DNA of 64,000 bases from Bacteroidia bacterium. GTDB taxonomy: Bacteria; Bacteroidota; Bacteroidia; AKYH767-A; OLB10. Of the stretch, positions 1-10,511 are shown one piece after another (the first letter of the stretch is position 1; each line of letters opens with the position of its first letter). The position numbers and the translations under genes are program-made. The stretch lies in NCBI GenBank assembly GCA_038215705.1, contig JBBQQQ010000001.1, positions 98,630 to 162,629 on the forward strand, in the 5' to 3' direction. The notes below the pieces were generated by a model. That model made no database searches. It had not been told where the DNA came from and saw only the letters and a list, made by a program, of their open reading frames with translations.

Positions 1-486
1 CTCTTAACTGTTGATCTTTCTGCCATACGCCAGAGCGATGCCCCCGGATCTGCCAATCCTTCCCCGAACGGATTTACCGGGGAAGAGGCTTGCCAGGCCA
101 TGATGTATGCCGGGCTGAATGACCATCTCACCGGTTTAGGTATTTTTGAGTTTGATCCTTCCGCCGACAGGCAGGATCAGACGGCCCATCTGGTGGCTCA
201 AATGATCTGGTATTTTATTGAAGGTGTCAATAACAGGAAAAATGATTTTCCTTCCGCCAATCATTCAGGTTTTATCACCTACCGGGTAACTATTGAAAGT
301 ATGGGAAAAGACATGGTCTTCCTGAAACACAGGACTAGCGGACGATGGTGGATGGAGATGCCGGAATCTACTCCTAAAAACCGGATGAACCGCTATAATT
401 ACCTGCCCTGTTCGGCCAAAGATTATCAGCAGGCATGCGATAATGAAATGCCCGACCGGTACTGGCAGGCGCTTCAAAAACTCTGA
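1..486 (+). CDS. 3' part of an arginase/formimidoylglutamase-family protein. The ORF runs off the left edge of the window.
   Basis: Frame 1 is open from nt 1 to the stop at 486 (LLTVDLSAIRQSDAPGSANP...). The ...DxSAI..DAPG... stretch and the length to the C-terminus resemble the C-terminal half of arginase-fold HutG-like enzymes. The N-terminal catalytic motifs are outside the window, so this rests on weak similarity by eye. Confidence 0.4.
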   Translation, partial: LLTVDLSAIRQSDAPGSANPSPNGFTGEEACQAMMYAGLNDHLTGLGIFEFDPSADRQDQTAHLVAQMIWYFIEGVNNRKNDFPSANHSGFITYRVTIESMGKDMVFLKHRTSGRWWMEMPESTPKNRMNRYNYLPCSAKDYQQACDNEMPDRYWQALQKL

Positions 487-766
487 TTACCTGCAGTTGT
501 TCCTGCTTATACTTTTACTTCACATTTTCAGGTAACGGAAAAGGAGGGATGTGAATGTTAAATTACAACAATTTAATAATCAATAAGATATAAATTATTT
601 TAGATGTTCATAAATCCAACTAAAATTGCAAAAAAAATAGTTGATGAATCTTTTAAACAATTTCACTTTTTGTTTTTGATTTAAAATTTTTAGTTACTTT
701 AGCCCCCTGATTATAGTAATTAACGAAAAAAAATACCGAAGTCAACCTAACGACAGCACTGGCATT

Positions 767-1684
767 ATGAAGAAATTTTTACTTATCGCTCTGATAATCA
801 TTTCAGTTTCCGGCATTTCCTTTGGACAACAAGATCCGCAGTTCAGCCAGAACATGTTCAATAAATTGTACTCCAATCCGGCTGTTGCAGGTAGCAGCGA
901 CGGAATATGTGCAACACTCCTTTACAGGAATCAGTGGACAGGTTTTGACGGTGCACCTGAAACAGGTGTCTTCAGTGTTGATGCACCTGTAAAATTCCTT
1001 CACGGGGGATTAGGTTTAACAGTGCTGGCTGCCGATGAACTCGGATTCGAAAATACGTTCATGGCTAAACTTGCCTATGCCTTCCGTTTTAACATTGGTC
1101 AGGGAAATCTTGCTATTGGTGCAGATTTTGCCTACCTTCAGAAATCTATTGACGGGGACTTCAAATTTAATGATCCGGGAGACCCGATTATTCCCGAAGG
1201 ATCGGTATCAGGAAGTGTTATTCCTGATTTAGGTGCGGGTATCTATTATAATTCCGATAAATTGTATCTTGGTGCTTCTATGTCACATATTCTGGAAAGT
1301 GAAGTTGATTATGGAGATTTCACTACGGAACTGGCCCGTCACTATTACTTCACGGGAGGTTACCGTTTTGATCTCAGCCCTGCAGTGTCGCTCACTCCTT
1401 CATTCTTCATTAAGAATGTAGGTGATCAGACACAAGCCGATATCAACGCAAATCTTCATTTTAACAACCGCTTCTGGATCGGAGGATCCTACAGGCTGGA
1501 GGATGCTATAGTTATTATGGCAGGCCTCAATATAACCCCCAACCTTCGCCTGGGATATTCGTATGACATGACTACCTCCGATTTAAAGGATTATAGCAGT
1601 GGAACCCACGAAGTAATGTTGGGCTATTGCTATAAAATCAAGAAAAAGATTACTCCAATTAACCGGAACGTAAGATTTCTTTGA
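767..1684 (+). CDS. porP: PorP/SprF-family type IX secretion system membrane protein
   Basis: 305 aa. Signal peptide MKKFLLIALIIISVSGISFGQ, then the QDPQFSQ..NPAVAGS motif typical of PorP/SprF. It sits immediately upstream of gldK as in porP-porKLMN arrangements. Confidence 0.75.
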   Translation: MKKFLLIALIIISVSGISFGQQDPQFSQNMFNKLYSNPAVAGSSDGICATLLYRNQWTGFDGAPETGVFSVDAPVKFLHGGLGLTVLAADELGFENTFMAKLAYAFRFNIGQGNLAIGADFAYLQKSIDGDFKFNDPGDPIIPEGSVSGSVIPDLGAGIYYNSDKLYLGASMSHILESEVDYGDFTTELARHYYFTGGYRFDLSPAVSLTPSFFIKNVGDQTQADINANLHFNNRFWIGGSYRLEDAIVIMAGLNITPNLRLGYSYDMTTSDLKDYSSGTHEVMLGYCYKIKKKITPINRNVRFL

Positions 1685-1853
1685 TATTTTGCAACTATTT
1701 ATGCAATTGGTAACTTATTTTTGGATTCAGCGTTTGCCTTGATTGAAACCGGAAATAACACATTACTTGCAATAAAGCAAAATATCAGGGCGCTTCCATC
1801 GTTAGTTGGAACAACTGTAGTAACTACTTGAAAAAAAAACTAAATAGCGGAAC

Positions 1854-3116
1854 ATGAAAAGACTGATTATTTACTCTGCAATAGTGCTGATGCTCAGCAG
1901 CTGTGGAGGCGGTAACCGAGGTCAGCTGATTGGGGTGCAGGGACGTGAAAAATGGTATCAGGCCGATCCTTATGGCATGGTATTCATTCCTTCAGGTTCT
2001 TTCAATATGGGCCCTAGCGACCAGGACGTGCCTTATGCAGTGATTGCCCAGAACAGATCCGTTTCGGTCCACGCTTTTTATATGGATAACACCGAAATCA
2101 CCAATAATGAATATCGCCAGTTCGTTGAGTGGGTGCGTGATTCTCTCGCTCATCGTTTGATTGGTGGTGAGCACCTGGTTGATGAAGGCGAATATGGTGA
2201 GCGCATCAACTGGAGAAAACGTATCGACTGGGAAGATGAGGAAAATGTAGAAACCCTTAATGAACTCTTCTTACCGGAAGCAGAGCGTTTCTATCGCCGT
2301 AAGGAAATTGATTCACGCAAACTGAACTTTGAATACTATTGGATCGACCTTCATGAAGCTGCACAGCGTTCGAACCGTGAACAGGGAAAAACCGACCGTT
2401 CTGTATTCATTAAGAAGGATGTTATCAATGTATTTCCCGATACTCTTGCCTGGATTCACGACTTCACCTACTCATTTAATGATCCTATTACTAATATGTA
2501 CTTCTGGCATCCATCTTATGATGAATATCCAGTTGTAGGTGTAAACTGGAAACAAGCTCGTGCATTCTGTATCTGGAGAACCCAATTGCTGAACAGTTAC
2601 CTGATGAGCAATGGAGAATCATTTGTTCAGGATTTCAGGTTGCCTACTGAATCAGAATGGGAATATGCTGCCCGTGGTGGTCTGGAATTGTCGCCTTACC
2701 CATGGGGAGGTCCTTATATCCGGAACAGCCGCGGTTGCTTCCTGGGTAACTTTAAGCCTATGAGAGGAAACTATCTTGACGATGGCGGATTCTACGCTGT
2801 GAGTGTAACTTCTTACTGGCCGAATGATTACGGTCTCTTTTGTATGGCAGGTAACGTTTCTGAATGGACCAGCAATGCCTATGACGAGTCTGCTTACAAC
2901 TTTACACATGATTTGAACCCTGATTATACGTACGAAGCCAAAGAATCGGATCCTCCTTCATTAAAGAGGAAAGTTATTCGCGGCGGATCGTGGAAAGATG
3001 TCGGATACTTTTTACAGACCGGCACGCGTTCTTATGAATATCAGGATACTTCAAAATGTTATGTTGGATTCCGCTGCGTAATGGACTTCATGGGCCGTGA
3101 CAAATCAGATTTCTGA
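1854..3116 (+). CDS. gldK: Gliding motility lipoprotein GldK (PorK; formylglycine-generating-enzyme/SUMF1-like fold)
   Basis: 420 aa. Lipoprotein signal LSSCGGG. Sequence YGMVFIPSGSFNMGP...VIRGGSW is typical of GldK/PorK. It is followed by the gldL, gldM and gldN homologues. Confidence 0.9.
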   Translation: MKRLIIYSAIVLMLSSCGGGNRGQLIGVQGREKWYQADPYGMVFIPSGSFNMGPSDQDVPYAVIAQNRSVSVHAFYMDNTEITNNEYRQFVEWVRDSLAHRLIGGEHLVDEGEYGERINWRKRIDWEDEENVETLNELFLPEAERFYRRKEIDSRKLNFEYYWIDLHEAAQRSNREQGKTDRSVFIKKDVINVFPDTLAWIHDFTYSFNDPITNMYFWHPSYDEYPVVGVNWKQARAFCIWRTQLLNSYLMSNGESFVQDFRLPTESEWEYAARGGLELSPYPWGGPYIRNSRGCFLGNFKPMRGNYLDDGGFYAVSVTSYWPNDYGLFCMAGNVSEWTSNAYDESAYNFTHDLNPDYTYEAKESDPPSLKRKVIRGGSWKDVGYFLQTGTRSYEYQDTSKCYVGFRCVMDFMGRDKSDF

Positions 3117-3176
3117 TAATGTTCTTGCATTAAAACTAACCAACTCAATAATTAACTTTAAAACTTTAAAAACAAA

Positions 3177-3986
3177 ATGGGATTAGCTTCATTCACCCAA
3201 GGGAAAGGGTTTAAAAACTTTATGGCGAAGCTTTATGGCTGGGGCGCCGCAGTCGTAATTTTAGGTGCTCTTTTTAAGATTCAGCACTGGGAAGGCGCAG
3301 GATTGATGCTTACAGTGGGATTGTTGACAGAGGCGGTTATCTTCTTCTTCTCGGCGTTTGAACCGCCACACGAGGATGTAGACTGGTCACTGGTTTATCC
3401 GGAACTTGCAGGAATGCACGAACCAGGTCATGATAAGCATAAGAAGAAGAAAATTGACCCGATTGCTCAGGAACTTGATAAATTACTTACCGAAGCTAAA
3501 ATCGGTCCGGATTTGATTGCGAGTCTGGGAACAGGTATGAAAACCCTGGGCGAGAATGCCGCGAAAATGTCGGACCTTTCCAGTGCTTCCGTTGCTACCG
3601 ATGATTATGTTAAAAATGTACAGGTTGCTTCAAAATCTGTTGGTTCTTTAGCTGGTGCTTATGATAAAGCTACACAGGCAATGAACAGCCTTAGCACATC
3701 CAGTGATGATGTTAAAGTTTACAACGACCAGGTTTCTTCCGCTGGAAAAAATCTTGCTGCTCTTAATGCGATCTATGAATTGCAGTTGCAGGATTCTAAT
3801 AAACACCTTAAGGAGACTTCTAAATTCTATGATGGCATCAATGAATTGATGTCGAATCTTAATTCTTCAGTTGAGGATACTAAGAGATACAAAGATGAAG
3901 TATCCAAACTGGCTAAAAATCTGTCTTCTCTCAATACGGTTTATGGAAACATGCTTTCAGCAATGAACATGAACCCGAATAAATAA
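3177..3986 (+). CDS. gldL: Gliding motility protein GldL (PorL)
   Basis: 269 aa. Two N-terminal TM helices (AAVVILGALFKIQHW...), then a coiled/low-complexity cytoplasmic part. Position between gldK and gldM. Confidence 0.85.
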   Translation: MGLASFTQGKGFKNFMAKLYGWGAAVVILGALFKIQHWEGAGLMLTVGLLTEAVIFFFSAFEPPHEDVDWSLVYPELAGMHEPGHDKHKKKKIDPIAQELDKLLTEAKIGPDLIASLGTGMKTLGENAAKMSDLSSASVATDDYVKNVQVASKSVGSLAGAYDKATQAMNSLSTSSDDVKVYNDQVSSAGKNLAALNAIYELQLQDSNKHLKETSKFYDGINELMSNLNSSVEDTKRYKDEVSKLAKNLSSLNTVYGNMLSAMNMNPNK

Positions 3987-4037
3987 TTTTTTCTAATTAA
4001 CCTTATCCTAACTAACCCTAAAACGAGAGAATAAAAA

Positions 4038-5630
4038 ATGGCAGGTGGCAAACTATCCCCGAGGCAGAAAATGATCGGGATGATGTACCTCGTACTCACA
4101 GCACTTCTGGCCTTGAACGTTTCCAAAGAAATCATTAACGCGTTTGTAACCGTTAACGATAGCCTGGAAGCTTCCAACCAGAATACTATGTCGAGGAATG
4201 AACGTATTTACGCTGACTTTCAGAAAGCGATGGCGAATGACCCTGCAAAGGTTGGTCCTTTCAACCAGAAAGTTCAGAATGTGAAAAAACTTTCAGCTGA
4301 AATGATTGCGTATATTGATAATCTTAAAAAAGATATTACTATTAAAGTGGAAGGACTGGAACCAAATGCTCCTGTGCCCGCTCCACGTGATATCGAGCGT
4401 AAAGATGATTACGATATTCCAACCAATGTTCTGTGTGGTGACAAAGCCGATGGCAGAGGTCACAGAGCAACAGAGTTAAAAGAGAAACTTCTAAAATTCA
4501 AAGCAGATGTGCTCAAGCCGTTATCACCGGAAGATCAGAAACTGTTTGCTCCACGTCTTGATCAGTTATTGAATACAAAGGATCCTGATCCTAAAATGGT
4601 GGTTGATAACAAGGCAAGCTGGGAAATGGCAACATTTTATCACAATCCCGTGGTAGCAACAATTGCCCTGCTTACCAAATTCCAGGCTGATGTCAGAAAT
4701 GCGGAATCAGAAATTGCTAATCACCTTTATACGTCTATTGATGCAGGTAGCTTTAAGTTCGATAACCTGGAAGCCCGCGTAATCGCACCTACTAGTTATG
4801 TGCTTACCGGCCAGGAGTTCAAGGCCGATGTATTTCTTGCTGCGTTTAGTTCAACATCGGATCCGGTGATCACTGTAGGTGGTTCACCTATTCCTGTTGA
4901 GGGTGGTCTGGGTAAATATTCAGTCCGTGCAACAAGCGAAGGTGTTAAGAAGTGGGGTGGTATCATTAAAGTGAAAGACCCTGCTACCAACGTTGAGAAA
5001 GAATACAAATTCGAACATGAATACATAGCTGCAAAGCCTTCTTCAGTGGTATCAGCCGATAAAATGAACGTGTTGTACATCGGAGTTGAAAATCCAATGT
5101 CGATTTCTGTTCCCGGAGTAGCCGATGCGAACGTAGCTCCATCGATTTCAGGTGGAGGTGCCACGCTGGTGCGGGATACCAAATCAGGAAGCAGTAAATA
5201 TATTGTGAAAGCAACAACACAAGGTGAAGCAACTATTAATGTGACCGCTAAACTGGATGGAAAAAATGTTCCTATGGGATCATTTAAATATCGTGTTAAA
5301 CGTGTTCCTGATCCGGTAGCCATGGTAAACGGTAAAAAAGGCGGACCTATAAATAAAGCGGAACTTGCTGCGGCAACTTCCGTAAACTCCATCATGGAAA
5401 ATTTCGACTTTGAACTTTATTTCAAAGTAAAAACATTCCGTATGACACTTATCCGTAAAGGAAAAGATCCTACAGAACTCGAAGCTCCGGGTAACCTGAT
5501 CACTCCGGCTATGAAGTCGGCCATTCAGGCTGCAGGACCTGGTGCGAAAGTATATTTTGAGTATATTAAAGCATCCGGCCCTGATGGAACTACCCGTTCA
5601 CTCGGATCTGTAAACTTCGTGTTACAATAA
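4038..5630 (+). CDS. gldM: Gliding motility protein GldM (PorM)
   Basis: 530 aa. N-terminus MAGGKLSPRQKMIGMMYLVLTALLALNVSKE is the conserved GldM/PorM start with a single TM helix. Operon position. Confidence 0.9.
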   Translation: MAGGKLSPRQKMIGMMYLVLTALLALNVSKEIINAFVTVNDSLEASNQNTMSRNERIYADFQKAMANDPAKVGPFNQKVQNVKKLSAEMIAYIDNLKKDITIKVEGLEPNAPVPAPRDIERKDDYDIPTNVLCGDKADGRGHRATELKEKLLKFKADVLKPLSPEDQKLFAPRLDQLLNTKDPDPKMVVDNKASWEMATFYHNPVVATIALLTKFQADVRNAESEIANHLYTSIDAGSFKFDNLEARVIAPTSYVLTGQEFKADVFLAAFSSTSDPVITVGGSPIPVEGGLGKYSVRATSEGVKKWGGIIKVKDPATNVEKEYKFEHEYIAAKPSSVVSADKMNVLYIGVENPMSISVPGVADANVAPSISGGGATLVRDTKSGSSKYIVKATTQGEATINVTAKLDGKNVPMGSFKYRVKRVPDPVAMVNGKKGGPINKAELAAATSVNSIMENFDFELYFKVKTFRMTLIRKGKDPTELEAPGNLITPAMKSAIQAAGPGAKVYFEYIKASGPDGTTRSLGSVNFVLQ

Positions 5631-5671
5631 AAACCTTAAATCAAGGTTTATCAAATAAAGGAGGATCAATC

Positions 5672-6508
5672 ATGAAAAGAATCAGTTTAATCTTTTCCAT
5701 CATCGTACTGTTTGCTGCCGGTGCTTCCGCGCAGAATGTGCTCGACGGTGTTTATGTGCGCGAACACAGCCCTACAAAAGCAGTAGTTCCGTTATCATAC
5801 CTCCGTGAGGCAGATGTGATGTGGTCAAAAAAGGTTTGGAGAATTATCGATTTGAAAGAAAAGATGAACCTGCCTTTTTATTACCCTATGGAAAAAATTA
5901 ATGACCGTAGAAGTCTGAACGACATTCTTTATGATGCTGTTAAAGAAGGTACCCTTACAGCCTATATGGATGAGGAATTTATGACGCCAATGACCCGGGA
6001 AGAATTTCAGCGTATAGGCGGTGCCGGTGTTGATACTACCCAGATCGTTGACCCCGAACCTCCCTATCTTACCCGCGATACAGTTATCGTTCGTGAATTT
6101 TCTACAACAAATGTGGTTGCTTACCGTGTGAAGGAAGAATGGTTCTTCGATAAGCAGCGTTCGGTAATGGATGTAAGAATCATCGGAATCGCTCCGCTTA
6201 TTTATGCAGTTGATGATAAAGGAAATCGTCGTGAAGGTGATTTAAAAATACCTATCATGTGGATATACTTTCCGGAAGCCCGTAAAATTCTTGCCAACCA
6301 GGAAGTCTTCATGAGAGGAAATGATTCTGATCGCCGTACATGGGATGATATTTTCCAGAAACGTATGTTTTCAAGTTACATCTATAAAGAAAATAACGTA
6401 TTCGACCGTCGTATTGAAGATTACAAACAGGGAATGGATGCTCTTGTTGAAGCAGACCGCATCAAACAGGAAATTACCAACCTGGAACATGATCTCTGGG
6501 ACTACTAA
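5672..6508 (+). CDS. gldN: Gliding motility protein GldN (PorN)
   Basis: 278 aa with a signal peptide. It is last in the gldKLMN order. An RBS-like GGAGGA lies 8 nt upstream. Confidence 0.85.
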   Translation: MKRISLIFSIIVLFAAGASAQNVLDGVYVREHSPTKAVVPLSYLREADVMWSKKVWRIIDLKEKMNLPFYYPMEKINDRRSLNDILYDAVKEGTLTAYMDEEFMTPMTREEFQRIGGAGVDTTQIVDPEPPYLTRDTVIVREFSTTNVVAYRVKEEWFFDKQRSVMDVRIIGIAPLIYAVDDKGNRREGDLKIPIMWIYFPEARKILANQEVFMRGNDSDRRTWDDIFQKRMFSSYIYKENNVFDRRIEDYKQGMDALVEADRIKQEITNLEHDLWDY

Positions 6509-6530
6509 GAATATATAAAACTTTCAATAA

Positions 6531-6564
6531 AAAAGCCGGACTGGTCATCAGTCCGGCTTTTTTG
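6531..6564. terminator. Rho-independent, probably bidirectional, terminator between gldN (+) and the HMBD gene (-)
   Basis: aaaaaGCCGGACTGgtcatCAGTCCGGCtttttt: a 9-bp perfect stem with a 5-nt loop, an A-tract on the 5' side and a T-tract on the 3' side. Confidence 0.65.
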
Positions 6565-6578
6565 TGCGCTATTGTTTA

Positions 6579-6923
6579 TTAATGATTATGACCTTCATGA
6601 TCATCATGATCATGACCATTGTGTTCTGTTCCGGCATTGCCGGTATCAATTGCTCCGGGTGAAGTTGTATCCGTAGTAGTGGCGGCAACATAATTCGGAT
6701 TTTTCACTAGGTCCATTCCGCAAACCGGACAAACACCGGCTACATTGCTTGCACTGTTCTCACAGTTCATCGGGCAAATATATGCGTGTGAGGTGTTGGT
6801 TGTGGTTGACGAGTGAGTTGTGGTTGTTTCTGTTGTTGTTTCGGATCGGTCCTTGTTTCCGCAGGAAGATAATAATCCGGCAGCAAGGATCAGCATTGAT
6901 AACATTTTGAAATTCTTTATCAT
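6579..6923 (-). CDS. Heavy-metal-binding-domain lipoprotein (YxCPM...CPxCGM motif) with Thr-rich linkers and a His-rich C-terminus
   Basis: 114 aa. Lipoprotein signal ...LSSCGNK. Motif YICPMNCENSASNVAGVCPVCGMDL matches the Cu/Ag-binding HMBD (YHYxCPMxP...CPxCGM) pattern. Poly-Thr runs and a C-terminal GHDHDDHEGHNH stretch are present. Confidence 0.6.
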   Translation of the reverse strand: MIKNFKMLSMLILAAGLLSSCGNKDRSETTTETTTTHSSTTTNTSHAYICPMNCENSASNVAGVCPVCGMDLVKNPNYVAATTTDTTSPGAIDTGNAGTEHNGHDHDDHEGHNH

Positions 6924-6995
6924 AGTGGGTTTTGTTTTTATGGGTTTATCAATTTTATTATTTTTATTCTATACGAAATTGTCTGGTGAATCATT

Positions 6996-9900
6996 TTACA
7001 TATTCCGACGGTATTGTCCACCGACTTCAAATAATGCACCGGTGATTTGACCGAGTGAGCAGTGTTTTGAAACCTCCATTATTTTTTCAAACATATTCTG
7101 GTTGTGAATAGCTGCGAGTTGTAACTCATGAAGTAAATCACCTGACCGTTTTTCACTGTGATGATGAAGATTTTTTAATGTAGTTATCTGGAATTCTTTT
7201 TCTTCTTCTGTTGCCCTAATTACTTCTCTTGGCAATACCGTAGGTGAACCCTTTGAAGAAAGGAAAGTGTTTACACCAATTATGGGAAGTTCTCCTGTAT
7301 GTTTTAACGTTTCATAGTACAATGATTCTTCCTGTATTTTTCCCCGCTGATACATGGTTTCCATCGCGCCAAGCACTCCGCCTCTTTCGGTGATGCGGTC
7401 AAACTCACTTAGCACGGCTTCTTCAACAAGATCGGTTAACTCTTCTATAATAAAAGATCCCTGTAAAGGGTTTTCATTTTTCGCCAGCCCAAGTTCCCTG
7501 TTAATAATCAACTGGATGGCCATTGCTCTTCTCACGCTCTCTTCCGTAGGGGTGGTGATAGCTTCGTCGTATGCGTTGGTGTGAAGTGAATTGCAATTAT
7601 CATAAATAGCGTATAAGGCCTGAAGCGTTGTGCGTATGTCGTTGAAATCAATTTCCTGCGCATGTAGCGATCGACCGGATGTTTGTATATGATACTTCAG
7701 CATCTGGGAACGCTCATTGGCTTTGTATTTTAATTTCATAGCCTTGGCCCAGATACGCCTTGCAACACGACCAATTACGGAATATTCCGCATCTACACCA
7801 TTGGAAAAGAAAAACGACAGATTCGGAGCAAAATCATTTACATCCATTCCGCGACTCGCATAATATTCCACGTAAGTGAAACCATTTGCAAGCGTAAATG
7901 CAAGCTGAGAAATGGGGTTGGCGCCTGCTTCAGCAATGTGATATCCTGAAATGGAAACAGAATAAAAATTTCGTATTCCATTCGTGATGAAGTACTGTTG
8001 CATATCACCCATCAACCGCAGTGAAAATTCGGTTGAAAATATACAGGTGTTTTGTGCCTGGTCTTCTTTTAAAATATCTGCCTGAACGGTTCCTCTAACG
8101 GTTGCGAGTGTACGTTGTTTAATTTTTTGATAAACATCAGCCTCAAGCACCTGGTCACCCGTAACACCCAGCAGCATCAGCCCGAGCCCGTCATTGCCTT
8201 CAGGTATTGTATAATTATAAACCGGTTGCTTAAGACCGGAGTTATCGAAAATTGTTTTAATTTTATCCTTAACTTCTTTTTCCAGCCCGTTTTCATGGAT
8301 GTACATTTCGCATTGCTGGTCAATGGCTGCATTCATAAAAAATGCCGCCACAATGGAAGCAGGTCCGTTAATAGTCATTGAAACTGATGTTGCAGCATCA
8401 CAAAGATTAAAACCGGAATAAAGTTTTTTGGCATCATCCAAACAGCACACCGAAACGCCTGCGTTTCCAATTTTTCCATAAATGTCAGGCCGGTAATCAG
8501 GATCCTGTCCGTATAAAGTCACGGAATCAAAAGCGGTGGACAATCTTTTTGCGGGTGTTCCAAGCGATACATAATGAAAACGTTTGTTAGTACGTTCGGG
8601 GCATCCTTCACCGGCAAACATACGGGTAGGATCTTCATTTTCCCGCTTAAAGCGGAAGACGCCGGCAGTGAAAGGAAATTCACCGGGCACATTCTCCTGC
8701 AACATCCATTTTAATAAATCACCCCAGGCTTTGAATTTTGGCAGTGCTACTTTAGGGATGCGCTGACGCGATAATGATTCCGTATAGGTTTGAATACGAA
8801 GTACTTTTTCGCGCACTTTGAATTCATAAAATTCATTTCGGTATTGTGCTGCTTTCGCAGGAAAGCCTTCAAGCATCTTGCGGTTGGTTCCGTCAAGAAG
8901 CAGTTCAATTTCCTTGTATTTATTTTCAAGCGCTGTAACCAGGGATTTATCGGCATCAGTGCTGTTTTCCTGCAGCATTTCAACCGTAGTTCTGATAGCG
9001 AATAATTTTTGGGCTATAGTGGTTTGTTCAATCACCCATTGATCATAGCTGCGATTATTTTCTGAAATCTCACTCAGGTAACGGGTGCGGTTGGGAGGAA
9101 TGATGTATATTTTTTCGCTCACCTCATCTGATACGGTGAAATTACTTTTGAGCTCCGCACCGGTAGCATCAGCTATTTTATTCATAACAGCCCGGTATAA
9201 ACGATTCATGCCAGGATCATTGAATTGCGACGCAATGGTTCCGAATACCGGCAAGTCTTCATCGGGTGATTCCCACAACTGGTGATTACGTTTATATTGC
9301 TTGCGTACATCACGTATCGCATCAAGTGCACCGCGCTTATCGAATTTGTTCAATGCAATGATGTCAGCAAAATCGAGCATATCAATTTTTTCCAATTGTG
9401 TTGCCGCACCATACTCCGGTGTCATTACATAGAGGGAAACATCGCTATGGTCGGTGATTTCGGTATCCGACTGGCCAATGCCTGATGTCTCCAGAATTAC
9501 CAGGTCATATCCTGCAGCCTGCACAATTGAAACCGCTTCCTTTACATGTTTGGATAATGCAAGGTTACTTTGACGTGTGGCCAGTGACCGCATATAAACT
9601 CTTGGATTGCGAATGGCATTCATCCGGATGCGATCGCCAAGTAATGCTCCACCGGTTTTTCGTTTGGAAGGGTCAACAGAAATAATAGCAATGGTTTTGT
9701 CAGGGAATTCCACTAGAAAACGCCGAACCAGTTCATCTACCAATGATGATTTACCTGCGCCACCGGTTCCTGTAATTCCCAGTACCGGCGCTGTATGAAT
9801 TGAAAGTGTTTCCTGAATTTTTTTGTGTGATGAAACAAATCCCTCCGGATTATTTTCAGCTGCTGAAATTAAAGTGGCAATGGCTTTCTGATCTTTTGAT

Positions 9901-10373
9901 GCAATGCGATCGACTTCACCGTTCAGGTTCATGCCTGTTGGGAAATCAGCAATTTTCAGCATGTCATTAATCATTCCTTGCAATCCCATAGATCGCCCGT
10001 CATCGGGAGAATAAATTCTGGAAATTCCGTATTGATGTAGTTCTTTAATTTCTTCTGGAAGAATAACACCACCTCCGCCACCGAAAATTTTTATGTGTGA
10101 ACAATCGCGTTCCTTCAGTAAATCGAACATGTATTTGAAATATTCCATGTGACCACCCTGGTAACTGGTAAGTGCAATGGCATTAGCATCTTCCTGGATG
10201 GCACATTCCACTACTTCCAAAGCGCTGCGGTCGTGACCAAGGTGAATCACCTCGGCGCCGCTGGCCTGGATAATCCGACGCATGATGTTTATGGAGGCAT
10301 CATGTCCATCAAATAAACTGGCTGCGGTTACTACTCTAATCTTGTTGTGGGGTATGTATTTTTCGATTTGCAT
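6996..10373 (-). CDS. icmF: Fused isobutyryl-CoA mutase IcmF (B12-binding domain + MeaB-like G-protein + mutase catalytic domain)
   Basis: 1125 aa. N-terminal B12-binding Rossmann domain ([20 protein letters not shown], DxHxxG-type). Central P-loop GTPase [17 protein letters not shown] (MeaB/ArgK-like). Large C-terminal methylmalonyl-CoA-mutase-like TIM barrel. Confidence 0.85.
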   Translation of the reverse strand: MQIEKYIPHNKIRVVTAASLFDGHDASINIMRRIIQASGAEVIHLGHDRSALEVVECAIQEDANAIALTSYQGGHMEYFKYMFDLLKERDCSHIKIFGGGGGVILPEEIKELHQYGISRIYSPDDGRSMGLQGMINDMLKIADFPTGMNLNGEVDRIASKDQKAIATLISAAENNPEGFVSSHKKIQETLSIHTAPVLGITGTGGAGKSSLVDELVRRFLVEFPDKTIAIISVDPSKRKTGGALLGDRIRMNAIRNPRVYMRSLATRQSNLALSKHVKEAVSIVQAAGYDLVILETSGIGQSDTEITDHSDVSLYVMTPEYGAATQLEKIDMLDFADIIALNKFDKRGALDAIRDVRKQYKRNHQLWESPDEDLPVFGTIASQFNDPGMNRLYRAVMNKIADATGAELKSNFTVSDEVSEKIYIIPPNRTRYLSEISENNRSYDQWVIEQTTIAQKLFAIRTTVEMLQENSTDADKSLVTALENKYKEIELLLDGTNRKMLEGFPAKAAQYRNEFYEFKVREKVLRIQTYTESLSRQRIPKVALPKFKAWGDLLKWMLQENVPGEFPFTAGVFRFKRENEDPTRMFAGEGCPERTNKRFHYVSLGTPAKRLSTAFDSVTLYGQDPDYRPDIYGKIGNAGVSVCCLDDAKKLYSGFNLCDAATSVSMTINGPASIVAAFFMNAAIDQQCEMYIHENGLEKEVKDKIKTIFDNSGLKQPVYNYTIPEGNDGLGLMLLGVTGDQVLEADVYQKIKQRTLATVRGTVQADILKEDQAQNTCIFSTEFSLRLMGDMQQYFITNGIRNFYSVSISGYHIAEAGANPISQLAFTLANGFTYVEYYASRGMDVNDFAPNLSFFFSNGVDAEYSVIGRVARRIWAKAMKLKYKANERSQMLKYHIQTSGRSLHAQEIDFNDIRTTLQALYAIYDNCNSLHTNAYDEAITTPTEESVRRAMAIQLIINRELGLAKNENPLQGSFIIEELTDLVEEAVLSEFDRITERGGVLGAMETMYQRGKIQEESLYYETLKHTGELPIIGVNTFLSSKGSPTVLPREVIRATEEEKEFQITTLKNLHHHSEKRSGDLLHELQLAAIHNQNMFEKIMEVSKHCSLGQITGALFEVGGQYRRNM

Positions 10374-10511
10374 GCGGATACAAATTTATGAAAAATAAGA
10401 TGAACCCCGGATTGTGAATTTTTATATTGAAAATCAGATGTTTATGAATAAATTCAGAAGGATATCAACCACTTCATCCACCTGCTTTTTAAAAGGGGCT
10501 TTTTAGTATGT

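Noticed and set aside
4796-5395. 199-aa ORF antisense to gldM, and similar long antisense ORFs at 15559-16095, 16838-17416, 22155-22763 and 45300-45620
   Set aside because: Each lies fully inside a well-supported conserved gene on the opposite strand (gldM, the symporter, DUF1573, ftsH, pfkA). Their products are low-complexity, S/T/P/A-rich, with no recognisable domains. They are typical shadow ORFs.
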